This document shows, in pieces, positions 30,345-39,703 of a stretch of DNA of 64,000 nucleotides (position 1 is the stretch's first letter; each line of letters starts with the position of its first letter). The position numbers and the translations under genes were made by a program. The stretch is taken from NCBI GenBank assembly GCA_022801925.1, contig JAAWTG010000004.1, positions 19,590 through 83,589 of the forward strand, given 5' to 3'. Source of the DNA: Clostridia bacterium. GTDB lineage: Bacteria > Bacillota > Clostridia > RUG12999. The notes beneath the pieces were generated by a model. That model was given only the letters and a program-made list of their open reading frames with translations. It was not told the origin of the DNA and did not search any database.

Positions 30345-31588
30345 TGTTTCTTCAACCTTTCTAATTCCTGCCAAAAGGCGGGATAGGATTTTTGTACGGC
30401 GTCCGCGCCGTCAATGACAATGGGTGCGGTGCTTTTTTGCGCTGCGATAGCAAGCGCCATGGCAATACGGTGGTCGTTATGGGAGGAAACCTGTCCGCCG
30501 TGCAGTGTGTCCACATGACGAATGACAAGACCGTCCTCCAGTTCCGTGATGTCTGCGCCCAGCCGGTTTAATTCGCCGGCAGTTGCTGAGAGCCGGTCGC
30601 TTTCTTTCAGCCGCAGCCGCGCTGCGCCGGTGAGATGCATTTCAGAGCAGCAAAAACTGCCCAAAACGGCAAGAATGGGCACCAAATCGGGAATATCAGA
30701 GACGTCAATGCATAATTTTTCCGTACCGATTTTTCTGGTAGGGCGTACCAAATACTGTTCTGACACAGAAAAGCCGCATTGTTTCAAAATGGCGATAATT
30801 TGACTGTCACCCTGCGCTGTTGTGGGGGAGAGATTGGAGACGGAAATTTCGCCCCCCAAGGCGTTTGCCACCAGCCAAAAAGCAGCATTAGACCAGTCGC
30901 CTTCACACATAAATTTGCCGGGCGAATGATAGGTTCCGCTGACAGAAAAAGTGCGGTAATTTTCGTGCGAACAGGTGATACCAAACTGTTTCATAATGTC
31001 TAGAGTAATATCCACATAGGGACGGGATTCCAAAGGCGTAGTCACTTCCAAAACGGAATCGCCGAGCAGCGGCAAAGCAAGCAGCAGTCCGGTGATAAAT
31101 TGGGAACTGACGTTACCACGAATGCGAAGCGTTCCGGACGCCAGTTTGTCTTGCAGCGTAACCGGAAGATTGCCCTGCGCCATATAAGAAAAGCCGTTTT
31201 GGTCAAATAGTTCAAATAAAGGTGTAAGAGGGCGCTGCGGCAGCCGCCCTTCGCCTGTGAAGGTCACATGTGCACCAAGCGCTGCGGCAACGGGCAGGAA
31301 AAAACGAATGGTGGAGCCGGATTCGCGGCAGTTTACCGCCGCCTGTTCCGGCAAGGAGTGCCGCCCTGTAACCGTGATAGAATCACCGATATGAATGTTG
31401 GAAAGCAGCGTTTGGCAAGCGGAAAGCGTTGCCTGAATGTCCTCGGAGAGCAGCAGGGGAGACAGTTCTGTCACGCCACCCGCCAAAGATGCACAAATCA
31501 GCGCGCGGTGCATGACGCTTTTGGAGGGCAGCATAGAAACTTCTCCGCGCAGCGATGCAGCGCTGACTGTCGTTGAAGTTGCCATCAC
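30341..31588 (-). CDS. aroA: EPSP synthase
   Basis: PSKS..HR, ESGSTIRF, SSQFITG, RLKESDR, DHRIAM, KSYPAF. Confidence 0.96.
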   Translation of the reverse strand: MMATSTTVSAASLRGEVSMLPSKSVMHRALICASLAGGVTELSPLLLSEDIQATLSACQTLLSNIHIGDSITVTGRHSLPEQAAVNCRESGSTIRFFLPVAAALGAHVTFTGEGRLPQRPLTPLFELFDQNGFSYMAQGNLPVTLQDKLASGTLRIRGNVSSQFITGLLLALPLLGDSVLEVTTPLESRPYVDITLDIMKQFGITCSHENYRTFSVSGTYHSPGKFMCEGDWSNAAFWLVANALGGEISVSNLSPTTAQGDSQIIAILKQCGFSVSEQYLVRPTRKIGTEKLCIDVSDIPDLVPILAVLGSFCCSEMHLTGAARLRLKESDRLSATAGELNRLGADITELEDGLVIRHVDTLHGGQVSSHNDHRIAMALAIAAQKSTAPIVIDGADAVQKSYPAFWQELERLKKQ

Positions 31589-32646
31589 ATACCCGCCTTT
31601 CCCAGCGCTGCACAGATGTCGGAAACAAAGTCCGTTGTCGGGACAATGACCCCGTTGCCGATTTCATCTAACATGACAACATGCAGCGTTTTGCCGATGT
31701 TCTTTTTGTCGTTTTGTATCAGCGGTAGCAGTTCCAGCAAATCCGCTTGCGCAATTTGATGAGGAAGATGATAGGCTTCCACCGCGTCCAGCACTTTTTG
31801 CGCCGTTCCCGCTTTTGACGGTCCTATCTGTTCGCTGAACTGTGTCATGAGCACCATACCTAACGCTACCGCTTCGCCATGTGTGAACTTGGTGAATTGA
31901 TAATATTTTTCAATGGCATGTCCAATGGTATGCCCGAAATTCAGCAGCATACGCAGACCGGTGTCGTTCGCGTCCACTGCCACGACGTCGCGTTTGATGG
32001 AAACGCATTCATAAATCAAATCTTCGCGGCTGATAGAGTGGTTTAAAATGGCGTCAAACAACGCTTTGTTGCGGATACAGCCATATTTAATCGCCTCCGC
32101 CATGCCGTCATAATAAAACCGCTGCGGCAGCGTGTCCAGACAGGTGGGGTCAATCAAAACCAGCTTGGGGTGATAGAAAGCGCCGACCATGTTTTTGCCA
32201 AACGGCATATCGATTGCCACTTTGCCGCCGACAGAGGAATCAATCTGCGCCAAAAGGGAAGTCGGCACCTGCACCAGTCCGATGCCGCGCAGGTAAGAGG
32301 CTGCGGCAAAGCCGGCAAGGTCGCCGGTAACGCCGCCGCCAAGCGCGATGATGAAATCGCCGCGGTTAATATGCTGCTCCGCCAGAAATGCATATATTTT
32401 TTGCAGCGTATCATTGCATTTGCTCTGTTCACCGTGAGGAAAGACATATTTACATGTTTCCACACCGGCGCGCTGCAAAGACTGCATCACGGTTTCGCCA
32501 TAAAATTTGTCCACATTGTCGTCGGTGATGACGGCAGCTTTGCCGTGATAAATGGTACGGACAAATTCACCCAGCCGCGCTAAACAGCCATCCTCAATAT
32601 GAATGGGGTATGAAATGGAATCAAAAGCCACTGTTAATGTTTTCAT
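31585..32646 (-). CDS. aroB: 3-dehydroquinate synthase
   Basis: GGGVTGDLAGF, PTSLLAQIDSSVGGK, LNFGHTIGHAIE, HGEAVA. Confidence 0.96.
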   Translation of the reverse strand: MKTLTVAFDSISYPIHIEDGCLARLGEFVRTIYHGKAAVITDDNVDKFYGETVMQSLQRAGVETCKYVFPHGEQSKCNDTLQKIYAFLAEQHINRGDFIIALGGGVTGDLAGFAAASYLRGIGLVQVPTSLLAQIDSSVGGKVAIDMPFGKNMVGAFYHPKLVLIDPTCLDTLPQRFYYDGMAEAIKYGCIRNKALFDAILNHSISREDLIYECVSIKRDVVAVDANDTGLRMLLNFGHTIGHAIEKYYQFTKFTHGEAVALGMVLMTQFSEQIGPSKAGTAQKVLDAVEAYHLPHQIAQADLLELLPLIQNDKKNIGKTLHVVMLDEIGNGVIVPTTDFVSDICAALGKAGM

Positions 32647-32672
32647 GCTGCGCCTCCCACTGCGTTATTTTT

Positions 32673-33692
32673 TTATATCGTACGGTCTTCCACTGCCGCG
32701 ACTTTGCGCAGACGTTCCATGGTACCTGCAAATTCGGCAGGAGTAATGGACTGTGCGCCGTCTGACAACGCTTTTTTCGGATTGTTATGCACTTCAATCA
32801 TCAGACCATCTGCACCAGCCACAATTGCTGATTTTGCCAGCGGTTCCACCATCCAGTTAATGCCTGCCGCATGGCTGGGGTCAATGACAATGGGAAGGTG
32901 GGACAATTTTTTCAGTGCCGGAACTGCACTGATGTCAAGCGTGTTGCGCGTATATGGCTCAAAAGTACGGATACCGCGTTCGCACAGAATAACCTGTTCA
33001 TTGCCGCCCGCCATGATATATTCCGCGCTCATGAGCAGTTCCTCCAGTGTGTTTGCAAGTCCGCGTTTGAGCAAAATAGGACGGTTGATTCTGCCGAGTT
33101 CCTTCAGCAATTCAAAGTTTTGCATGTTGCGCGCACCCACTTGAATCACGTCCACATCAAATTTCTCGAAAATTTCAATATGAGCAATATCCATCAATTC
33201 TGTCACAATGGGCAGTCCTGTTTCTTTTTTTGCAATGTCCAGAAGTTTCAGTCCGTCGTTGTGCAGCCCCTGGAAAGAGTAGGGGGAAGTGCGTGGTTTG
33301 AATGCGCCGCCGCGTAAAAACGTTGCGCCTGCTTTTTTGATGTCCTGCGCGATTCCTACAATCTGTTCCTCGGATTCCACGGAACAGGGTCCTGCCATGA
33401 CTACTAATTTCTGTTTGTCGCCGATTTTGATACCTTTCACATCATAGACGGAATTTTCAGGATGAAATTTCCGGTTTGCTTTTTTGAACGGTTCTTGTAC
33501 GCGCGTCACTTTTTCCACTGCGTCATTGGCATTCAGCGCGTCAATATCGACCGCGGAAGTATCGCCGACCAAGCCCAATATACGGGCGCCCACGCCGGAA
33601 ATACCCTGCACATCCAAACCTAAATCCTGCACATCAGCGATAAGCTTTTGTACCGCTTCCTCCGTTGCTCCTTGATTGATTACAATAATCAT
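32673..33692 (-). CDS. aroF: DAHP synthase type I-beta with N-terminal regulatory domain
   Basis: AGPCSVES, RGGAFKPRTSPYSFQG, GARNMQNF, DPSHA. Confidence 0.96.
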   Translation of the reverse strand: MIIVINQGATEEAVQKLIADVQDLGLDVQGISGVGARILGLVGDTSAVDIDALNANDAVEKVTRVQEPFKKANRKFHPENSVYDVKGIKIGDKQKLVVMAGPCSVESEEQIVGIAQDIKKAGATFLRGGAFKPRTSPYSFQGLHNDGLKLLDIAKKETGLPIVTELMDIAHIEIFEKFDVDVIQVGARNMQNFELLKELGRINRPILLKRGLANTLEELLMSAEYIMAGGNEQVILCERGIRTFEPYTRNTLDISAVPALKKLSHLPIVIDPSHAAGINWMVEPLAKSAIVAGADGLMIEVHNNPKKALSDGAQSITPAEFAGTMERLRKVAAVEDRTI

Positions 33693-33733
33693 AATCCTTC
33701 ACTCCTTCATATCCTACAAAATTTTTTTATATC

Positions 33734-33766
33734 AAAAAAAGCGGCTCGTGATACCACGAACCGCTT
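33734..33766 (-). terminator. Attenuator terminator in the aro operon leader
   Basis: Minus strand AAGCGGTTCGTG-GTAT-CACGAGCCGC followed by T7, about 40 nt before the aroF start. Confidence 0.88.
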
Positions 33767-33798
33767 GATTTGCAACTATACCGAACTCACAGGGCAAA

Positions 33799-33927
33799 TT
33801 AGCCCAGAGCCGGACGCTTCAAACGCATGGTATCACTTTTTTTGCAGCAAAAATAGCCAGTGCTAAAGTAATAATAGCCTGGAAAGTAAAAGAAAAATTC
33901 TTTTGCTGTCATGCTGCGAGACGCCAT
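33799..33927 (-). CDS. Phe/Tyr-rich leader peptide (42 aa) of the aro operon
   Basis: Hand translation MASRSMTAKEFFFYFPGYYYFSTGYFCCKKSDTMRLKRPALG*; AAGGAG RBS 8 nt upstream; 6 Phe and 5 Tyr within 16 codons. Confidence 0.85.
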   Translation of the reverse strand: MASRSMTAKEFFFYFPGYYYFSTGYFCCKKSDTMRLKRPALG

Positions 33928-33960
33928 GGTAAAAACTCCTTATCAATAATGATTGTTACT

Positions 33961-33990
33961 ATTTTATCATAGGACGGGTTTTTATGTCAA
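33961..33990 (-). promoter_or_regulatory. Sigma-A promoter of the leader/aro operon
   Basis: Minus strand TTGACA-18 nt-TAAAAT with TG extension. Confidence 0.72.
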
Positions 33991-34194
33991 GGGAAATCTG
34001 CACAAAATTTGAAATGCCGGAAGGAAAATTTTTATATGTGCTGGTGTTGATTTAACATGGGAACCTATGTTACATGCTCAAAAATATGCATTCTATCCAA
34101 ATACTGAAGGGGGAAAATATGGAATATTACTATTGCATAAAAAAAACTACGGATTTATAATAGAAATGTAAGAAACTATAATAGGAGGTCATGT

Positions 34195-35979
34195 ATGATG
34201 ATAGATGAATTGATTGGAAGATTGCCCAAAGTGGGAATCCGTCCTGCGATTGACGGACGCCGAATGGGCGTGCGGGAGTCGCTGGAAGAAAAAACAATGG
34301 AAATGGCGAAGGCAGCGGCAAAATTGATTGCAGACAATTTGAAATATCCAAACGGTAAGCCGGTGGAAGTTGTTATTTCTGATTGCACCATTGCGTGTGC
34401 GGCGGAATCTGCAAAATGCCAGGAGAAATTTGACAGAGAAGGCGTGAAAGTGTCTCTGACGGTTACGCCGTGCTGGTGCTACGGAACAGAGACCATGGAT
34501 CTTACGCCCAACACCCCCAAAGCAGTTTGGGGATTTAATGGAACAGAACGTCCCGGAGCAGTATATCTGGCGGCGGCGTTGGCAGCGTATAGTCAGAAAG
34601 GACTACCGGCGTTTGGTATCTATGGAAAAGACGTGCAAGATGTAGATGATAACAGTATTCCGGAAGATGTGCAGGAAAAAATCCTGCGCTTTGCCAAAGC
34701 AGGTATTGCGGTGGCATTGATGGAAGGAAAATCCTATCTGTCTTTTGGTAACGTTGCAATGGGTATCGGCGGTTCTGTTGTGGACAACAATTTCTTCTAT
34801 GACTATCTGGGTATCCGCAATGAATATGTAGATATGGTGGAATTCATGCGCCGCATGGATTTGGGTATCTATGATAAAGAAGAATTTGAAAAAGCGCTTG
34901 CTTGGGCAAAAGAAAACTGCAAAGAAGGATTTGACAAAAATCCGCAGCCGCACAGCCGTGAGCAGAAAGACCAGGAATGGGAAACCGTTGTAAAAATGAC
35001 AATGATTATGCGCGACATGATGATTGGCAATCCCAAACTGGCGGAAATGGGATATGTGGAAGAAAGCAACGGCAGAAATGCAATCGCTGCCGGATTCCAG
35101 GGACAGCGTCAATGGACGGACTATATGCCCAACGGCGATTTCTCGGAAGCAATTTTGAACTCTTCTTTTGACTGGACAGGAAAACGCGAACCCATGACAG
35201 TTGCGACAGAAAACGACAGCCTTAACGGCGTGGCAATGCTGTTTGGAAAATTGTTGACAAACACGGCGCAGGTGTTCTGCGATGTGCGTACATATTGGAG
35301 TCCCGACGCGATTGAACGCGTTTCCGGAAAACTGCCGGAATCCGCGAAAGATGGCGTGATTCATTTGATTAACTCCGGTGCGGCGGCGCTGGACGGTTCG
35401 GGACAGGCGGAAATTGACGGAAAACCGGCAATCAAACCGTTCTGGGAACTGGACGACAAAGAAGTGGATAAATGCCTCAAAGCAACAGATTGGTGTCCGG
35501 CTGATTTGTGCTATTTCCGCGGCGGCGGATTCTCTTCGCATTTCTTCACACGCGGCGGTATGCCGATGACAATGATTCGTTTGAACCTGGTGAAAGGATT
35601 GGGACCGGTGCTGCAAATTGCAGAAGGCTACAGTGTAGATTTGCCGCAAGATGTGTGCGAAATATTGGATAAGAGAACAGACCCGACATGGCCGACCACT
35701 TGGTTTGTACCGCGTCTGAACGGAAAGAATGCGTTTACCGATACTTACCATGTGATGGCAAACTGGGGCGCAAACCATTGTGCACTGTCCTATGGACATA
35801 TTGGTGCAGACCTCATTACCATGGCATCCATGCTGCGTATTCCGGTTAGTATGCACAACGTGGAAGAAACGGATATTTTCCGTCCGAGTGCATGGAGCGC
35901 ATTTGGCACCAAAGATTTGGAAGGCGCTGATTACCGCGCTTGCATGAACTTTGGTCCGGTTTATAATAAATATAAATAA
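34195..35979 (+). CDS. fucI: L-fucose isomerase
   Basis: [53 protein letters not shown]; AGGAGG RBS. Confidence 0.96.
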   Translation: MMIDELIGRLPKVGIRPAIDGRRMGVRESLEEKTMEMAKAAAKLIADNLKYPNGKPVEVVISDCTIACAAESAKCQEKFDREGVKVSLTVTPCWCYGTETMDLTPNTPKAVWGFNGTERPGAVYLAAALAAYSQKGLPAFGIYGKDVQDVDDNSIPEDVQEKILRFAKAGIAVALMEGKSYLSFGNVAMGIGGSVVDNNFFYDYLGIRNEYVDMVEFMRRMDLGIYDKEEFEKALAWAKENCKEGFDKNPQPHSREQKDQEWETVVKMTMIMRDMMIGNPKLAEMGYVEESNGRNAIAAGFQGQRQWTDYMPNGDFSEAILNSSFDWTGKREPMTVATENDSLNGVAMLFGKLLTNTAQVFCDVRTYWSPDAIERVSGKLPESAKDGVIHLINSGAAALDGSGQAEIDGKPAIKPFWELDDKEVDKCLKATDWCPADLCYFRGGGFSSHFFTRGGMPMTMIRLNLVKGLGPVLQIAEGYSVDLPQDVCEILDKRTDPTWPTTWFVPRLNGKNAFTDTYHVMANWGANHCALSYGHIGADLITMASMLRIPVSMHNVEETDIFRPSAWSAFGTKDLEGADYRACMNFGPVYNKYK

Positions 35980-35993
35980 TGCATGACAACAAA

Positions 35994-36026
35994 GGCGGCA
36001 GAGAAGTTCTCTGCCGCTATTTTTTT
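35994..36026 (+). terminator. Intrinsic terminator after fucI
   Basis: gcggcagag-aagtt-ctctgccgc followed by a T run. Confidence 0.8.
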
Positions 36027-36093
36027 GCAGGAAATTTCTTGTCATATAAGAGGAATTTTGTTATAATGGAAAACAAGGGAAGGGGGGAGCTAT

Positions 36094-37830
36094 ATGAGAC
36101 AAAAACGGGAAACGCATGGGGTGCTTTGGGCAATGCTGCGCTATGTGGGAAATGGGAAACTAATAGCAGCAATGATGGTGAGTTCGGTGCTGCAAAATGC
36201 GCGTGACTTGGCTTGTATTGTCGCTTTAGCCTATGCAACAGACCAAGTGCTGCTGGGCGGGAATATTGGTCTGGCGGTGCTGCTGATGTTGATTACCATG
36301 TTTTGCGGCGCGCCTACTTGTGCATTGAGAAAGTATTTGGGAGCAACATATCATTTGAAAAGCCAGAAAAAGTTGCAACGCGGTATGGCGCAGCGGATAG
36401 CAGGGCTTCCTTTGGGGTGGGTGGAATCGCATAAATCAGGAGAGATATTAAGTACCTATACGGCGGACATGGAACTGATATGCGGCTGGATGAGCGGCAC
36501 ATTTCCGGCAGAGGTGCATTTTGTGACTTATATGATTGGAGCATTGGCATATTCTCTGTCGCAAAGTGTTTTGCTGACCATAGCAGTGTTTCCGGTGATT
36601 ATTTTGATTGTGCCGTTTTTGACGAAATTGGCGAAACCGCTTCAAAAAACGTCTGACGTACAGCGGACGGCAGCAGCGGATTCCATTGCGGACATGCAGG
36701 AAGTATTGGCAGACCCTGCGTATTTGAAGGCATATTGTCTGGAAAATGCAATGGAACAACGGATAGAAACAGCGCTGGAGACCAAAAAGCGGGCGGAACA
36801 AAAAGGCGGTTTCTATTTCGGCATGGTACAGGCATTGGGGATTTTGGGCAGTTATCTGCCCGGATTTGTAGCCGCGGCAGTCGGCGTACTTTTTCTCAGA
36901 AAGGGTATGATTACAGCAGGTTTTTTGGTCGGATTTGTTCAGATGGTAGTGCAGCGGTTTGGACAAACGCTGCCGCAGGTTGGTGAATTTGCAACTGCGA
37001 ACAACAAAGCGGGAGCCAGTGCAAAACGGGTTATGGAATTGCTGAACTTGCCGCAGGAACGAAAAGATGGAGAAAAAAACATACCGTCAGCGAACATCGT
37101 TTTGGCACTGGAGGACGTTACATTTTGCTATCAAGAAGAAAAATCTCCGGCGCTGCGTCATGTGAATTTGAAGGTGGAGCAAGGGGAGACGGTCGCATTG
37201 GTCGGCAGCAGCGGCAGTGGAAAGTCAACGGTGATAAAACTGCTCATGGGGCTATATGAAGTGCAGCAGGGCAGCGTGAACGTGTTGGGACGCGACGTGA
37301 AACAATGGAAATTGGAGACGCTGCGTGGATTGATGGCGCCGGTGTTTCAGGAAGCGGCACTGTTCCCTGCGTCAGTCCGTGACAATATTGCGGGGGAGAC
37401 GGTAGCTGATGAACAGATTTGGGCGGCGCTGCAACATGCGGACTTGAAGGAATTTGTCGCATCATTGCCGGAGGGATTGGATACGCCGGTGGGAGAACGC
37501 GGCGTAACGTTGTCAGGAGGACAGCAGCAGCGATTGACAATTGCGAGAGCGCTGGTAAAAGATGCACCGGTGATTTTGCTGGATGAGCCGACCAGTGCGC
37601 TGGATACGGTGACAGAAAATGAATTCCAAAAAGCGTTTGAACAGTTAAAGCAGGGGAAAACAACTGTGGTGGTGGCGCACCGGCTGCAAACCATTCGCAG
37701 TGCAGACAGAATATATGTGTTTGACCATGGAATGGTTGTGCAGGAGGGGACGCACGCGTCTTTGATTGCACAGCCGGGCGCATACCGCCGATTGTACCAG
37801 TCTCAGCTGGAAGAAAGCGGGGTGCGGTGA
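36094..37830 (+). CDS. ABC exporter, fused permease/ATPase subunit 1
   Basis: TMD plus GSSGSGKST, LSGGQ, ILLDEPTS, VAHRL. Confidence 0.92.
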   Translation: MRQKRETHGVLWAMLRYVGNGKLIAAMMVSSVLQNARDLACIVALAYATDQVLLGGNIGLAVLLMLITMFCGAPTCALRKYLGATYHLKSQKKLQRGMAQRIAGLPLGWVESHKSGEILSTYTADMELICGWMSGTFPAEVHFVTYMIGALAYSLSQSVLLTIAVFPVIILIVPFLTKLAKPLQKTSDVQRTAAADSIADMQEVLADPAYLKAYCLENAMEQRIETALETKKRAEQKGGFYFGMVQALGILGSYLPGFVAAAVGVLFLRKGMITAGFLVGFVQMVVQRFGQTLPQVGEFATANNKAGASAKRVMELLNLPQERKDGEKNIPSANIVLALEDVTFCYQEEKSPALRHVNLKVEQGETVALVGSSGSGKSTVIKLLMGLYEVQQGSVNVLGRDVKQWKLETLRGLMAPVFQEAALFPASVRDNIAGETVADEQIWAALQHADLKEFVASLPEGLDTPVGERGVTLSGGQQQRLTIARALVKDAPVILLDEPTSALDTVTENEFQKAFEQLKQGKTTVVVAHRLQTIRSADRIYVFDHGMVVQEGTHASLIAQPGAYRRLYQSQLEESGVR

Positions 37831-37831
37831 C

Positions 37832-39571
37832 ATGGAAAAAAGAAAACAAGGACGCTTTGGATTTGAGAGTATCGCATTCATGATGCAGTTTTTGAAAGGT
37901 CACCGTCTGGTATTTTGGATAGGCACGTTGATGACAGCGAGTTTTGCATTTTTGCAGAATATCTTTACAGGTCAATTATATCGCGTCGTTGCCATGATAG
38001 GACAAGGTGGAAACGCGTTTTTCGGGCAACTGCTGCAAGTGTTTGGGCTGTTGCTTTTGATAGTTGCGGTAGTTGGTATTGGTTTTTGGATTTTTACCTG
38101 TGCGGCGGCTTGTGGTGACAAGGCGCTTTGGCAGCAATTGGCGCATAAGATGAGTCATATGCCCATGAAAAACTGGTATGAAAAGCACAGCGGAGAATGG
38201 TTGACCATGCTGGGAAAAGATGCAGAAAACGCCGCCAATAGCTATAAACAATTGGTGACGCGGTTTGTGTCTCTGTTCATAGAATTGGCGGGCGGCGGTT
38301 TGGTTTTAAGTTTTGGATCGCCTGTTTTGCTACTATATGCAGCAATCAGCGGAATTGTGTATTTTGGTATCGGCGTACTGCTGCGCAAAAGAAACAAAAA
38401 GTATGCGGCAGGAAATCAACAGGCGGTGGGGGCCGCCGCGTCGTATGTTGCAGATATTTTCAATGGATTCATTGTGATGCGGCTGTATCATTTGCTGCGA
38501 CTGCTCATGAAAAAGCAGCAAGCGGCGATTGAAGAAGGCTATGACTATGGAAAAAAGCTGGCGCGCGTCAGTGTTTTCAATGGCGCATTAGGGCAAATTG
38601 GCTATACATTAGCCTATTCCGGTGCGTTTGTGGTGGGGCTTTTGCTGGTATATGCCGGAAAGCTGGAACTTCCCATGATGCTGGCATTATGGCCCATTTC
38701 TATGGGCGTGTCGTTTAGTATCATGGAATTTGGATTTTTTGTAACGGATATGCAGCCGACGGTTGTAGCTGTGGAACGTATCCGCACGGTGTTGGAATTG
38801 CCGGAGGAAACAGGCGGTGAAGAAAAAAGAGTGCCGGAAAGCGACGTGGTGTTGGAACTGCGCAATGTGACGTTTGCGTATGAACAGGGAAAAAACGTTT
38901 TGCAGGACGTTAATTTACAAATTCGCAAAGGAGAAAAAATAGCGTTTGTAGGAGAAAGCGGCAGCGGGAAAAGTACGATTGTTAAACTCTTGCTGCGTTT
39001 TTATGATGTGCAGCAGGGGCAAGTGCTGCTGCACGGACAGCCTGTGCAGAACTATGCCTTGGAACCCTTGCGCAGCCAGTTTGCCTATGTGCCGCAAAAT
39101 GCCTGTTTGCTCAGCGGAAGCATTTATCAAAATATTGCAATGGTGAAACCGGAAGCGGCGGAACATCAGATAAAAACGGCGGCAGAAAATGCCTATGCTG
39201 ATGAATTTATCCGCACCTTGTCACAAGGCTATGAAACGCAGGTAGGAGAACGCGGCGCACAGCTCTCCGGCGGACAGCGTCAGCGGGTTGCAATTGCCAG
39301 AGCATTTTTAAAAGACGCGCCTATTATGATATTTGATGAAATCACAGCGGCGCTGGACGGCGAATCGGAAGCAAAAGTACAGTGGGCGGTGGAGCGTGCG
39401 CCGGAGGGAAAAACGTTGCTGATGATTACGCACCGTTTGTCGGCGGCTGCCCAGGCAGAACGCATTGTGGTGATGGAAAACGGAAAAATCGCAGAAATCG
39501 GAAGCCATAACGAATTGTTAGCACATGGAACGGTTTATAAAAGAATGTGGGATATGCAGTTTCAAAAATAA
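37832..39571 (+). CDS. ABC exporter, fused permease/ATPase subunit 2
   Basis: TMD plus GESGSGKST, LSGGQ, IFDEITA, ITHRL; ATG 1 nt after the upstream stop. Confidence 0.92.
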   Translation: MEKRKQGRFGFESIAFMMQFLKGHRLVFWIGTLMTASFAFLQNIFTGQLYRVVAMIGQGGNAFFGQLLQVFGLLLLIVAVVGIGFWIFTCAAACGDKALWQQLAHKMSHMPMKNWYEKHSGEWLTMLGKDAENAANSYKQLVTRFVSLFIELAGGGLVLSFGSPVLLLYAAISGIVYFGIGVLLRKRNKKYAAGNQQAVGAAASYVADIFNGFIVMRLYHLLRLLMKKQQAAIEEGYDYGKKLARVSVFNGALGQIGYTLAYSGAFVVGLLLVYAGKLELPMMLALWPISMGVSFSIMEFGFFVTDMQPTVVAVERIRTVLELPEETGGEEKRVPESDVVLELRNVTFAYEQGKNVLQDVNLQIRKGEKIAFVGESGSGKSTIVKLLLRFYDVQQGQVLLHGQPVQNYALEPLRSQFAYVPQNACLLSGSIYQNIAMVKPEAAEHQIKTAAENAYADEFIRTLSQGYETQVGERGAQLSGGQRQRVAIARAFLKDAPIMIFDEITAALDGESEAKVQWAVERAPEGKTLLMITHRLSAAAQAERIVVMENGKIAEIGSHNELLAHGTVYKRMWDMQFQK

Positions 39572-39608
39572 AAAGAGCAGCCGCTGCCGAAAGGCAGCGG
39601 TTGTTTTT
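39572..39608 (+). terminator. Intrinsic terminator
   Basis: agccgctgcc-gaaa-ggcagcggtt followed by a T-rich tail. Confidence 0.85.
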
Positions 39609-39703
39609 CTATTCTCCTCTTTTTTTGCAAACATAAATAGGAAATGGTCTGGGAAAAAGAGTAATTTCCTAAAAAATGGGGAAACTAAGACAAAAAAGTA
39701 GGG

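Noticed and set aside
33745-33775. T-box-like string (minus strand CGTGGTATCACG) upstream of aroF
   Set aside because: It forms the terminator stem-loop itself, and I found no stem I, specifier loop or separate T-box antiterminator. The leader peptide explains the region better.
34603-36045. 480-aa minus-strand ORF
   Set aside because: Antisense shadow of the well-conserved fucI, with no recognisable motifs.
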